Shown here one piece after another: positions 1 to 8,000 of a stretch of DNA of 12,935 bases (the first letter of the stretch is position 1; each line of letters begins with the position of its first letter). Source of the stretch: Gemmatimonadales bacterium (GTDB lineage: Bacteria > Gemmatimonadota > Gemmatimonadetes > Gemmatimonadales > GWC2-71-9); assembly GCA_039794085.1 (NCBI GenBank), contig JBDIWC010000080.1, positions 1 to 12,935 on the forward strand, read 5' to 3'. Position numbers and translations under genes: made by a program. The notes beneath the pieces were generated by a model that saw only the letters and a list, made by a program, of their open reading frames with translations, did no database searches and was not told the DNA's origin.

Positions 1-55
1 GGGTCAGGAGGGTACGGAACCTGGGGACGGGGACGAGAACTTTCGTGTGACACCG

Positions 56-89
56 TCGTGAGCGAAGGACTTCAGTCCGTCGCTCACGA
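56..89. repeat. REP-like palindrome / hairpin
   Basis: TCGTGAGCGA-A-GGAC-TTCA-GTCC-G-TCGCTCACGA: 14 paired positions with one A/G mismatch and a 4-nt loop. Lies just downstream of the minus-strand ORFs. Confidence 0.7.
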
Positions 90-101
90 AACTCCGTGAA
101 C

Positions 102-239
102 CTACCGGCTTCCAGCCGGTAGTGGTTCATTTGCCCGGGTACCCGCGACCATCTCCCCCATCAGCGTCGTGAAGGCCTCGGTGGCGTTCGGGGCCAGGGT
201 CAGCTCGAGGAGCCAGGAGACTTCGGTGGAGGATGGCAC
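102..239 (-). pseudogene. Truncated antibiotic-biosynthesis-monooxygenase (ABM / quinol monooxygenase-like) N-terminal fragment, 45 aa
   Basis: GTG at 239 with AAAGG 6 nt upstream. The translation STEVSWLLELTLAPNATEAFTTLMGEMVAGTRANEP fits the first strand and helix of ABM domains ending in ...EP. It stops 7 codons later instead of continuing into the usual G-x-L-x-Y-E-W strand. Confidence 0.55.
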
Positions 240-268
240 AAGGAACCTTTCGTGTGACGAAGGAGAAG

Positions 269-628
269 CTAGGGGGTCACCGGACGCCGGACAACGCGGG
301 TACCATCCGCCGCAAACCCATCGGTGGAACCCGACCGATCCCGGAGACGACGCAGGAACCAGGTCACGGAGTCTTCTCCGTACAGCGGAACCACAATCCG
401 GGTATGCTTGGGATACACCTTCCCCGGCCGGAGACCGACTGCCCTGGCGAGTCGTGCCGCCGAGCGCGCCGCCGTCCGACTCTCCAGTACCAACCGGACT
501 TCGGAGCCCTTCTTGTAGGTGGCGGAATCGCCATTGCGATCCTCCGCCGGACGTCGAATGTAGCCGCTCGCCCGAAACAGGGCCATCAGGGCTGTCTCGG
601 CGGACCGGCGCGATTTCGGGTCGGGCAT
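269..628 (-). CDS. Hypothetical 119-aa basic protein with a LAGLIDADG-like fold signature
   Basis: ATG at 628 with a GGGAGAG SD. LMALFRASGYI resembles the LAGLIDADG helix, followed by EVRLVL, a helix, GKVYPK and IVVPLYGEDSVTWFLRRL in the expected order of secondary elements. Confidence 0.65.
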   Translation of the reverse strand: MPDPKSRRSAETALMALFRASGYIRRPAEDRNGDSATYKKGSEVRLVLESRTAARSAARLARAVGLRPGKVYPKHTRIVVPLYGEDSVTWFLRRLRDRSGSTDGFAADGTRVVRRPVTP

Positions 629-721
629 GGCGGAACTCTCCCGGTGGTTCAGGAACGAGCGGCTTCGAGCACAGGACACTTGAACTTCTCACCACTAGAT
701 GATTGAGGCAAGGTGTCGGGG

Positions 722-756
722 TGGGGAGCGGGGAACAGGCGGTAGGCGGTAGGGGA
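722..756. repeat. G-rich heptamer tandem repeat
   Basis: TGGGGAG CGGGGAA CAGGCGG TAGGCGG TAGGGGA. Confidence 0.6.
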
Positions 757-787
757 GCAGCGAGCGTCTTGGCGCACCCGCTTCGAT

Positions 788-809
788 AGATTCCTCGCCT
801 CGGGATGGC
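788..809 (+). repeat. Degenerate copy of the AGATCCCTCG...TCGGGATGAC palindromic repeat
   Basis: AGATTCCTCGCC------TCGGGATGGC aligns with 10911-10938 with a 6-nt internal deletion. Confidence 0.5.
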
Positions 810-846
810 TCCGGTGGAACGCATCATTCCCCAAGACCCCACCGGC

Positions 847-871
847 AGGGCGACGCAAGCGTCGCCCCTAC
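847..871 (-). repeat. GTAG-type REP element, copy 1
   Basis: Minus strand reads GTAG-GGGCGACGC-TT-GCGTCGCCC-T. It is 23/25 identical to 12581-12605. Confidence 0.8.
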
Positions 872-894
872 ACCCCACACCCTACTCCCTGCTC
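867..894. repeat. C-rich heptamer tandem repeat attached to the REP
   Basis: CCTACAC CCCACAC CCTACTC CCTGCTC. Confidence 0.65.
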
Positions 895-903
895 CCTCGT
901 GGT

Positions 904-909
904 TAGATT
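904..909 (+). promoter_or_regulatory. Candidate -10 box of a leaderless leuS promoter
   Basis: TAGATT (TANNNT) ends 7 nt before the ATG at 917, with no SD in between. Confidence 0.5.
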
Positions 910-916
910 CCGCGCC

Positions 917-3352
917 ATGAATGTCTCCAAATACCTCCCCGAGGCGGTCGAGGCGAAGTGGCAGGCCCGCTGGGCCCACGACGGAACCAACGAGGTCGAT
1001 CTCAACGACGCCTCCCGTCCCTTTTACAACCTGATGATGTTCCCCTACCCCTCGGCGGAGGGGCTGCACGTGGGGAATCTCTTCGCCTTTACCGGGGCTG
1101 ATGTGTACGGGCGGTTCCAGCGTCTGCGCGGGTATCAGGTGTTCGAGCCGATCGGTTTCGATGCGTTCGGGATCCATTCCGAAAACTTCGCCCTCAAGGT
1201 GGGTGCCCACCCGGCCGACCTGATTCCGCGGAACATTGCCAATTTCCGGCGCCAGCTAAAGCGGTTCGGAGGGATGTTCGACTGGCGGCACGAGCTCTCC
1301 ACGACCGACCCCGCCTACTACCGGTGGACCCAGTGGCTCTTCCTGCAGCTGTACCGGGCCGGGCTCGCCTACCGGAAGAAGGCCGCCGTCAACTGGTGCC
1401 CCTCCTGCAAAACGGTGCTTGCCAACGAGCAGGTGGAAGGGGGGGTATGCGAGCGGTGCAAGTCCCCGGTGGAACAGCGCGCCTTGGAGCAGTGGTTCTT
1501 CCGGATCACCGACTACGCGGAACGGCTCCTCGCCAACCTCGACGATTCAACCAAGATGGATTGGTCGGACACGACCACGACGGCCCAGCGGAACTGGATT
1601 GGACGGAGCGAGGGGGCGGAGGTCATCTTCCGGGTGGAGAACCACGACGTCCCCGTTTTCACGACCCGGCCCGACACCCTCTTCGGAGCCACCTTTCTGG
1701 TGCTCGCACCGGAGCACCCTCTGGTGGATGTCATCGCGACCGATGCGCAGCGGGACGCCGTTCACGCCTACCGCCAGGCCGCAGCGGCCCAGGACCTGGT
1801 GACCCGGAAGGTGGGCGGGCGGGACAAGACCGGTGTTTTCACCGGAGCGATGGCGCGGAACCCCGGCACGGGGGAGAAGGTTCCGGTCTGGGTCGCGGAT
1901 TACGTGCTGATGGAGTACGGGACCGGCGCCATCATGGCGGTGCCGGGGCACGACGAGCGCGACCTGGCGTTTGCCCGGGCCTTTGATCTTCCGGTGGTCC
2001 GCGTTCTCGCAGCCCCGGAGGATGATGCCGCCACTCCGATCACCGACGCCGACATGGACACCGCTGATCGCCGACTGGTCAACTCGGGCTCGTACGACGG
2101 CATGTCCCCGGGGGATGGGGCGGCGGCGATCTCACGTGATCTCGCCGCTCGGGGGGAGGGCCGGTCCGTCGTGCAGTACCGTCTTCACGACTGGTGCATC
2201 TCACGGCAGCGCTATTGGGGCCCCCCGATCCCCATCATCCACTGCGACACCTGCGGTCCGGTGCCGGTGCCGGAGGAGGACCTCCCGGTGCTTCTCCCCC
2301 GCATCGACGACTTCACGCCGGATGATTCGGGCATCTCGCCCCTCGCCCGGCACGAGGAGTGGTATTTCGCTCCCTGTCCCTCCTGCGGCGCGCCGAGCCG
2401 TCGGGAAACGGACGTCTCCGACACCTTTCTCGACTCGGCCTGGTACTATCTGCGCTACACCAGCACCGATTGCGACGACCGCGCCTTCGATGCGGACCGC
2501 GTGTCCCGCTGGCTTCCGGTGGCCAGCTACATCGGCGGGAATGAGCATGCGGTGCTCCATCTTCTGTACAGTCGTTTCGTGGCGATGGTGCTGCACGACC
2601 AGGGTCTCCTCCCCTTCGAGGAGCCCTTCCGGCGTTTCCGCGCGCACGGCCTGATCGTCAAGGATGGCGCCAAGATGTCGAAGTCGCGGGGGAACGTGGT
2701 CATCCCCGATGAGTACATCGCCACCTGGGGGGCCGACACCTTCCGGCTCTATCTGATGTTCCTCGGCCCCTTCCAGGCGGGCGGGGATTTCCGGGACAGC
2801 GGAATCAGCGGACCTCGGCGTTTCCTCGACAAGGTGTGGGAGCTCGTCGATCGATCGATCCGGGAGGATGCGGACGGGGAGATCGAGAAGGCGGGACTGG
2901 CCCGCTGGCACCGGACGGTGAAGAAGGTGACGGACGACTACGAGTCGCTCAACTACAACACGGCGATCGCGGCGATGATGGAGATGCTGAACGTGCTCCG
3001 CGAGTCCAACTGTTGCGAACGCCGCCTGGTGGAGGATTTCGTGGTGATGCTGGCTCCCCTCGCGCCGCACTTCGCCGAGGAGTGCTGGGAGCGGCTGGGG
3101 CACGGGACCTCGGTGTTCGAGGCCTCCTGGCCCGCGTACGATGCCCGCCTGCTGGTGGAGGACGTGGTGGAGGTCGTGGTGCAGGTGAACGGAAAGACCC
3201 GCGGAAAGGTGACCGTGGTGCGCGACGCCCCGGAATCTGTGGTGGTGGCCCTGGCGCGGGAGGAGGAAGGTGTGGCGAGAAACCTCGGCGCCCGGGAGAT
3301 CCGGAAGGTGGTCCACGTACCGAACCGGCTGGTGAACCTGGTGGTGGGGTAG
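917..3352 (+). CDS. leuS: Leucine--tRNA ligase (811 aa)
   Basis: MFPYPS..GLHVGN (HIGH motif), KMSKS, CP1 editing motifs FTTRPDT and [52 protein letters not shown], and C-terminal VQVNGK. Start placed at ATG 917 rather than GTG 899. Confidence 0.98.
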   Translation: MNVSKYLPEAVEAKWQARWAHDGTNEVDLNDASRPFYNLMMFPYPSAEGLHVGNLFAFTGADVYGRFQRLRGYQVFEPIGFDAFGIHSENFALKVGAHPADLIPRNIANFRRQLKRFGGMFDWRHELSTTDPAYYRWTQWLFLQLYRAGLAYRKKAAVNWCPSCKTVLANEQVEGGVCERCKSPVEQRALEQWFFRITDYAERLLANLDDSTKMDWSDTTTTAQRNWIGRSEGAEVIFRVENHDVPVFTTRPDTLFGATFLVLAPEHPLVDVIATDAQRDAVHAYRQAAAAQDLVTRKVGGRDKTGVFTGAMARNPGTGEKVPVWVADYVLMEYGTGAIMAVPGHDERDLAFARAFDLPVVRVLAAPEDDAATPITDADMDTADRRLVNSGSYDGMSPGDGAAAISRDLAARGEGRSVVQYRLHDWCISRQRYWGPPIPIIHCDTCGPVPVPEEDLPVLLPRIDDFTPDDSGISPLARHEEWYFAPCPSCGAPSRRETDVSDTFLDSAWYYLRYTSTDCDDRAFDADRVSRWLPVASYIGGNEHAVLHLLYSRFVAMVLHDQGLLPFEEPFRRFRAHGLIVKDGAKMSKSRGNVVIPDEYIATWGADTFRLYLMFLGPFQAGGDFRDSGISGPRRFLDKVWELVDRSIREDADGEIEKAGLARWHRTVKKVTDDYESLNYNTAIAAMMEMLNVLRESNCCERRLVEDFVVMLAPLAPHFAEECWERLGHGTSVFEASWPAYDARLLVEDVVEVVVQVNGKTRGKVTVVRDAPESVVVALAREEEGVARNLGAREIRKVVHVPNRLVNLVVG

Positions 3353-3375
3353 GGTCCCCCCCCTTCTCCCCGCAC

Positions 3376-3424
3376 CGGGTATTGGGGACTGGGTGTTGGG
3401 GACTGGGGAGGGGGTGTTGGGTAG
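3376..3424. repeat. G-rich heptamer tandem repeat (STRR-like)
   Basis: CGGGTAT TGGGGAC TGGGTGT TGGGGAC TGGGGAG GGGGTGT TGGGTAG. Confidence 0.75.
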
Positions 3425-3451
3425 GGTTGGCCTCCGACTCCCGGCTCCCCC

Positions 3452-3486
3452 CTTCCCACTTCAAACTTCACACTTCAAACTTCCTC
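3452..3486. repeat. CTTCnnn heptamer tandem repeat
   Basis: CTTCCCA CTTCAAA CTTCACA CTTCAAA CTTCCTC. Confidence 0.8.
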
Positions 3487-3491
3487 CTCCC

Positions 3492-3497
3492 TATATT
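3492..3497 (+). promoter_or_regulatory. Candidate -10 box for the MCP operon
   Basis: TATATT lies 28 nt upstream of the ATG at 3526 in otherwise GC-rich DNA. No convincing -35 box. Confidence 0.4.
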
Positions 3498-3525
3498 GCG
3501 TCGGTTCCCCAATCCCCAAGGCGCC

Positions 3526-5181
3526 ATGGCCGCTCGAACCATCTCCCTGAGTCAAAGGATCAACCTGACCGGAGTGGCGCTCATCGCGCTCCAGAGCCTG
3601 CTCATCATCTGGTTGACCTCGGACAGCGCGGCCCGGGAGCACAATGGAAGCACCGATGCACAGCTCACCGCGCTGGTGAGGTCCGCGGCGGCTCTGGCGG
3701 TGTCCGATCCGGCTGATAGCGCGCGAATCGTGGGACCTGTGGGGGTCATGAACCTGGAACGCCTGACCTATGGAGAGACCGGGCGAACCGGTGCACCCCT
3801 TCGGGAGAGGATGGTCCTCATGGTGGTGGACGGATCGGGGGGACTCCTCTGGGCCTCCGATTCTTCCCGGGCCAACCCCGGCCTCCTGGGGGAGGAGCGG
3901 GATCGGCCCGCGGCGGGCGAGGTCGAAACCCGGAGGTTGGTGGGTCTCCGGATCGCCGCCACCCGGATCCGCGGTACCGACCGGTACGTGGTGGCCTCGG
4001 CACCGGACACGGCGTTGCGGTTCGACAGCACCGTCCTCCGCTTCGTGGCGGTCTTTTCCGCCGTGGGGCTCGGTCTCTTCCTCTTCGCCGCAGTCTGGAT
4101 CAACCGCAACATTATCAAGCCCCTGGGTGCCACCCAGGCAATCCTGACCCACGTCGCCTCGGCCGACCTCCGGGTGACCCAGGGGGAGATCGATGCAGTC
4201 GGCGGAGGGCCGGTCACCGAGGCGCTCCGCGGCATGATCCGGCATCTCCACGGACTGGTCACCACCATTCGGAACTCCTCCACCGACTCGGCGGCGCTCG
4301 CGGAGGAGATCTCCGCCGCGACCGAGGAGATGACCGCCTCGACCGAGGAGGTGGCCGGCACCACGGCCGACCTGACCGAGCGGGCCTCCGCCCAGGCCGG
4401 CGTGACCCGGGTGCTGGCGGACGATGCCTCACGGATCCTGGCCATCGGGCAGGAACTGGCGGCGGGAGCCCAGCAGGCGGCGAGCCGGAACGAGGCCCTC
4501 ACGGCCCTGGTTCGCCGCCACCAGGAAGGATTGGAACGGAGCACCCGGGATCTCGAGATCCTGGCGGAGGAGGTGGCCGCCGGAACCCGGGAGGCGGAGG
4601 AACTGGAGGAATCGGCCGGAGCCATCGAGGCGTTCGTCCAGCAGACCCAGGCGATCGCCAAGCAGACCCACATGCTCGCCTTGAATGCGGCCATCGAGGC
4701 GGAACGCGCCGGGGAGGAGGGCCGAGGATTCACCGTGGTGGCGGACGAAGTGCGGAAACTCGCCACCCGGGCCCAGGATGCCGCGGCGGTGACCCGGGCG
4801 ACGGTCGCGGAGACGGTCAAACGAGTGCATGCCGCCCGGGAGCGGCTGCTGCGGCTCGGGGCGGGAGGGCTCAAGGCACGGGATGCCGCCCGGGCCGCCA
4901 CCGAGGGGCTGCAGCAGGTCACCGCCGAAGCGGAGGAAACGGATGCCTGGGCCAAGGGGATCTCCCGGTCCGCACACGATGTGCGCGAATTGATCGAGGG
5001 GGCGCACAACCGGATCAAGGAGATCTCCGCGCAGGCCGAGGACTATGCGGCGGCGGCCGAGGAGATCGCCGCGGCGTCGGAAGAGATGAACGCGTCCACC
5101 GAGGAGGTGGCGGCCTCCGCCGGCCAGCTGGCCGAGGCGTCGAACCGGCTGATGGCGGCGATCCAGCAGTTCAAGATCTGA
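3526..5181 (+). CDS. Methyl-accepting chemotaxis protein (551 aa; TM - sensor - TM - HAMP - signalling domain)
   Basis: ATG 3526 after AAGG. Two hydrophobic segments ([37 protein letters not shown]), HAMP start IIKPL, hairpin tip [34 protein letters not shown], and methylation-type repeats [18 protein letters not shown] and [18 protein letters not shown]. Confidence 0.93.
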   Translation: MAARTISLSQRINLTGVALIALQSLLIIWLTSDSAAREHNGSTDAQLTALVRSAAALAVSDPADSARIVGPVGVMNLERLTYGETGRTGAPLRERMVLMVVDGSGGLLWASDSSRANPGLLGEERDRPAAGEVETRRLVGLRIAATRIRGTDRYVVASAPDTALRFDSTVLRFVAVFSAVGLGLFLFAAVWINRNIIKPLGATQAILTHVASADLRVTQGEIDAVGGGPVTEALRGMIRHLHGLVTTIRNSSTDSAALAEEISAATEEMTASTEEVAGTTADLTERASAQAGVTRVLADDASRILAIGQELAAGAQQAASRNEALTALVRRHQEGLERSTRDLEILAEEVAAGTREAEELEESAGAIEAFVQQTQAIAKQTHMLALNAAIEAERAGEEGRGFTVVADEVRKLATRAQDAAAVTRATVAETVKRVHAARERLLRLGAGGLKARDAARAATEGLQQVTAEAEETDAWAKGISRSAHDVRELIEGAHNRIKEISAQAEDYAAAAEEIAAASEEMNASTEEVAASAGQLAEASNRLMAAIQQFKI

Positions 5182-5196
5182 AGCGGAGGACGCATC

Positions 5197-6357
5197 ATGG
5201 CGCACACGGGGATCACCGTGACGGCGGCGGCACGCGCCGTGGTCCTTTCGGCAGCCGGTATCGTGGTCGGGCTCATCTGGGACATCTCCTGGCACCGGAC
5301 CATCGGCCGGGACACGCTGTTCAGTCCACCGCACGTGCTCGAGTACATTGCCGCGAGCGTGGCGGGGGTGTCCTGCGGGTGGCTCATCCTCCAGACCACC
5401 TTCGATGGCCGGCGCTCGGCCGATCGGGCGTCCGCCGTGGCCTTCTGGGGGTTCCAGGGTCCGCTCGGCGCCTGGATGACCGTCTGGGGCACCTTTGCGA
5501 TGCTCGCTTCGGCGCCCTTCGACGACTGGTGGCACAACGCCTATGGCCTCGACGTGGAGATCCTCAGCCCGCCTCACGTGATCCTGCTTTTCGGCATGCT
5601 GGCGGTGGTGCTCGGGGCCGTGCTCATGGCGGTGGCGGTTCAGAACCGCGAGGGAGAATCAAGTCGGCGGTTCACTCTCCTGTACGCCTTTGCATCGGCG
5701 ATGCTGCTGCTGATTCTCACCACGGCGGCCTTCGCCTACACCGCGTTTCCCAACACCTTTCGGGGCCCGTCGTTCTACCTCGTGTCCGCCATGGCCTATG
5801 TGCTGCCCCTGGTGGTGGTGGCCCGGTCGGCCCGGCGCCGGTGGCCCGCCACGACGGCGGCTCTGCTCTACCTCGGAGTGTCCCTCGGGCTGAGCTGGAT
5901 CCTGCAGGCGTTTCCCGCCGTGCCGAAACTCGCGCCGATCTACCGGGAGATCACCCACATGGTTCCCCCGCCGTTCCCCCTCCTGCTGGTGGTGCCCGCG
6001 CTGGTGATCGACCTGCTGGTGCGGCGGGACCAGCGTCGCGGCTGGCCCGACTGGGGACGCGCCCTCGTGACCGGGCCCCTGGCCCTGGTCGCCTTCTTCG
6101 GCGTGAACTGGTTCTGGGGCGACTTCCTCCTCTCCGAATCGGCTCGCAACGCTCTGTTTGCCATGGATCAATGGGAGTACTTCAGCCGTCCCGGGTCGTG
6201 GCAGTACGAGTATTGGGGCCTGTCCCGGAGGGCGCCCCCGGGAAGCTTCGACTGGGCCTCCTTCGCCGGCCCCTTCGGCATCGCCGGTCTCCTGGGGATC
6301 GCCAGCGGCCGGATCGGGCTCTGGCTCGGAAACTGGCTCGGGAGAGTCACACGGTGA
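5197..6357 (+). CDS. Polytopic membrane protein (386 aa) with two PmoC/AmoC-like metal-binding motifs
   Basis: GGAGG SD at 5185-5189. Roughly 10 hydrophobic segments by eye. Motifs WDISWHRTIGRDTLFSPPH (D29/H33/H46) and FDDWWHNAYGLDVEILSPPH (D109/H113/H127). The CDS is confident; the function is inferred. Confidence 0.85.
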   Translation: MAHTGITVTAAARAVVLSAAGIVVGLIWDISWHRTIGRDTLFSPPHVLEYIAASVAGVSCGWLILQTTFDGRRSADRASAVAFWGFQGPLGAWMTVWGTFAMLASAPFDDWWHNAYGLDVEILSPPHVILLFGMLAVVLGAVLMAVAVQNREGESSRRFTLLYAFASAMLLLILTTAAFAYTAFPNTFRGPSFYLVSAMAYVLPLVVVARSARRRWPATTAALLYLGVSLGLSWILQAFPAVPKLAPIYREITHMVPPPFPLLLVVPALVIDLLVRRDQRRGWPDWGRALVTGPLALVAFFGVNWFWGDFLLSESARNALFAMDQWEYFSRPGSWQYEYWGLSRRAPPGSFDWASFAGPFGIAGLLGIASGRIGLWLGNWLGRVTR

Positions 6358-7835
6358 CGCGGGCCCTGCGACGCCTGGGGGTTCCAGTGTTCCTTGCTGG
6401 AGTGGTGGTCGCGCTCAGTGGGCATGTCGGGAGTCCCGACACCTGGTTCGAGGGGATGGCGGGGCCCTATCGCGTACAGGTGGTTGTGCGGGCACCTGGA
6501 GTGGTGCCCGGTCTGGCCCAGATCACGATCCGGACATTCGATGACCGCGTGACCGGTGTGTTGGTGACGCCGGTGGTCTGGAATGCCGCGGAGGGAGGTG
6601 CGCCCCCGCCCGATCGGGGGAAGCCGGTGCCGGGCGCTCCGGGCACCTGGTCGGCGGAGCTCTGGTTCATGTCGCCCACCACCTACAACCTCCGGCTGGT
6701 GGTCGAGGGAGACGAGGGGGAAGGCACGGCCGTGATCCCGGTGACCGCCGTTGCGACCCGGATCCTCCCGATGACCCGCGGGTTCGGACTCATGCTGGCG
6801 GGGCTCGGTCTTTTTCTCGGGGTGGGACTGCTCACCATTCTCCGGGCCGCGGCGCGGGAGAGCGTCCTCGCCCCGGGGGAATCGCCCACCCCGCGCGACA
6901 GGCGGCGAGGGTGGATCGTTCTGGCTCTCGGAGCGCCCGCTCTGGCCGGTCTCGTGTGGGGGGGATTGGTGTGGTGGCAGAGGGAGGAGGAGGCGTATCG
7001 CCGGGGGCTGTACCAGCCGCTGGACGTCGAGGCGCGAGTGGACACGAGTGGCAGCGGACTCGTCCTGGCGCTGGAGGTGACCGACCAGGCGTGGAAGGCC
7101 CGGAACTGGACACCCCTCCTTCCGGATCATGGCAAGCTCATGCACCTCTTTGCCGTGGCGGTGGAGGGAGACGGGTTCGCGCATCTGCATCCGGTCTCCG
7201 CCGACACGACCACGTTCACGACCCCCCTTCCCGAGCTCCCCTCCGGCCGGTACCGCCTCTTTGCCGACGTGGTGCACGAGAGCGGATTCCCCCGCACCTT
7301 CGTGACGGAGGTGGAGATCCCCGCTGGCGAACCGGGTCCTGAGGGAGACCCCGACGATGCCTGGACCTCGGCGCCTCCGGCTGATTCGGTGTTCACCCAT
7401 CCCGATGGCGCCACGGTCCGGTGGTTGCGGAGCGGGAACCCCGTCGTGGGAGAGGAGGCGGGACTCCGGTTTCAGGTGATGGATTCCTTGGGAACGCCGG
7501 TGGCTCTGGAGCCCTACATGAGCATGCGCGGCCATGCGATGGTGGCCCGGGAGGACGGCGGCGTGTTCGTGCATCTCCATCCGAGTGGCACCATCTCCGC
7601 CGTGGCGCAGCAGGCGCTCACCGTCCGCCTGCCGACCGATACCGTGTTTGGCTCGGTATCGCGGCGTCTCGACTCCCTGGCCCTGCCGATGCCCCACCCG
7701 ATGGAGCCCATCGGTGAGCTGGCCTTCCCCTGGGCCTTTCCCGAGCCGGGACGCTACCGGGTCTGGGTCCAGACCCGGTGGGGCGGGGAGGTACCGACGG
7801 CGGTGTTCCAAGTGGTGGTGGAAGATAGACGATAG
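6354..7835 (+). CDS. His/Met-rich membrane-anchored extracytoplasmic protein (493 aa), putative copper-binding
   Basis: GTG start overlaps the upstream TGA (GTGA), with a GGAGAG SD at 6341-6346. Signal-peptide-like N-terminus followed by HVGSPD, two central TM helices, and a duplicated C-terminal module (DHGKLMH..AHLHP..GRYRLFAD / YMSMRGH..VHLHP..GRYRVWVQ). Confidence 0.85.
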   Translation: MTRALRRLGVPVFLAGVVVALSGHVGSPDTWFEGMAGPYRVQVVVRAPGVVPGLAQITIRTFDDRVTGVLVTPVVWNAAEGGAPPPDRGKPVPGAPGTWSAELWFMSPTTYNLRLVVEGDEGEGTAVIPVTAVATRILPMTRGFGLMLAGLGLFLGVGLLTILRAAARESVLAPGESPTPRDRRRGWIVLALGAPALAGLVWGGLVWWQREEEAYRRGLYQPLDVEARVDTSGSGLVLALEVTDQAWKARNWTPLLPDHGKLMHLFAVAVEGDGFAHLHPVSADTTTFTTPLPELPSGRYRLFADVVHESGFPRTFVTEVEIPAGEPGPEGDPDDAWTSAPPADSVFTHPDGATVRWLRSGNPVVGEEAGLRFQVMDSLGTPVALEPYMSMRGHAMVAREDGGVFVHLHPSGTISAVAQQALTVRLPTDTVFGSVSRRLDSLALPMPHPMEPIGELAFPWAFPEPGRYRVWVQTRWGGEVPTAVFQVVVEDRR

Positions 7836-7865
7836 GCGGTTGGGGGCGAATTACATTCGCCCTAG

Positions 7866-7928
7866 CCCGGGGCTTTCGCCCCGGGCTCGGTGGTGCGGCC
7901 GTTCACACGGCCGGGTGCTTACCCGGAT
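7866..7928 (-). repeat. 63-bp multi-hairpin repeat, copy A (left arm of an inverted pair)
   Basis: 59/63 identical to the reverse complement of 10754-10816. Contains the hairpins GCCCGGGGC-TTTC-GCCCCGGGC and CGGCCGT-TCAC-ACGGCCG. Confidence 0.9.
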
Positions 7929-7963
7929 TCCCGCAGTGCGGTCCACCACCCCTCACGGCCGCC

Positions 7964-7998
7964 CCTCGAACTTCACCCTTCGAGCTTCACACTTCTCT
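7964..7998. repeat. CTTCnnn heptamer tandem repeat
   Basis: CCTCGAA CTTCACC CTTCGAG CTTCACA CTTCTCT; same family as 3452-3486. Confidence 0.75.
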
Positions 7999-8000
7999 CA

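Noticed and set aside
102..878. 258-aa minus-strand ORF as a single gene
   Set aside because: It starts inside a REP and overlaps the 269-628 gene out of frame. Only the last 45 codons look protein-like.
700..916. T-box riboswitch upstream of leuS
   Set aside because: No GGTGGNACC(G/A)CG T-box followed by a terminator. GGTGGAACGC at 812-821 is only a partial match, and the region is explained by repeats.
2836..3525. N-terminal 230-aa extension of the 781-aa ORF
   Set aside because: It overlaps leuS out of frame and runs through heptamer repeats. MCP features begin at ATG 3526.
5379..6353. N-terminal extension of the 818-aa ORF
   Set aside because: Arg/Pro-rich shadow frame of the 386-aa membrane gene. 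The real start is GTG 6354, which has an SD and a signal peptide.
2201..7811. Long antisense ORFs (371, 258, 416, 382 and 547 aa)
   Set aside because: They lie opposite well-supported genes, carry no motifs, and are the expected shadow ORFs of high-GC codon bias.
5197..7835. Assigning the symbols pmoC/amoC and pmoB/amoB
   Set aside because: Similarity is confined to motifs and topology. The lengths differ, there is no pmoA, and there is no PmoB HGE N-terminus or HxH in the first domain.
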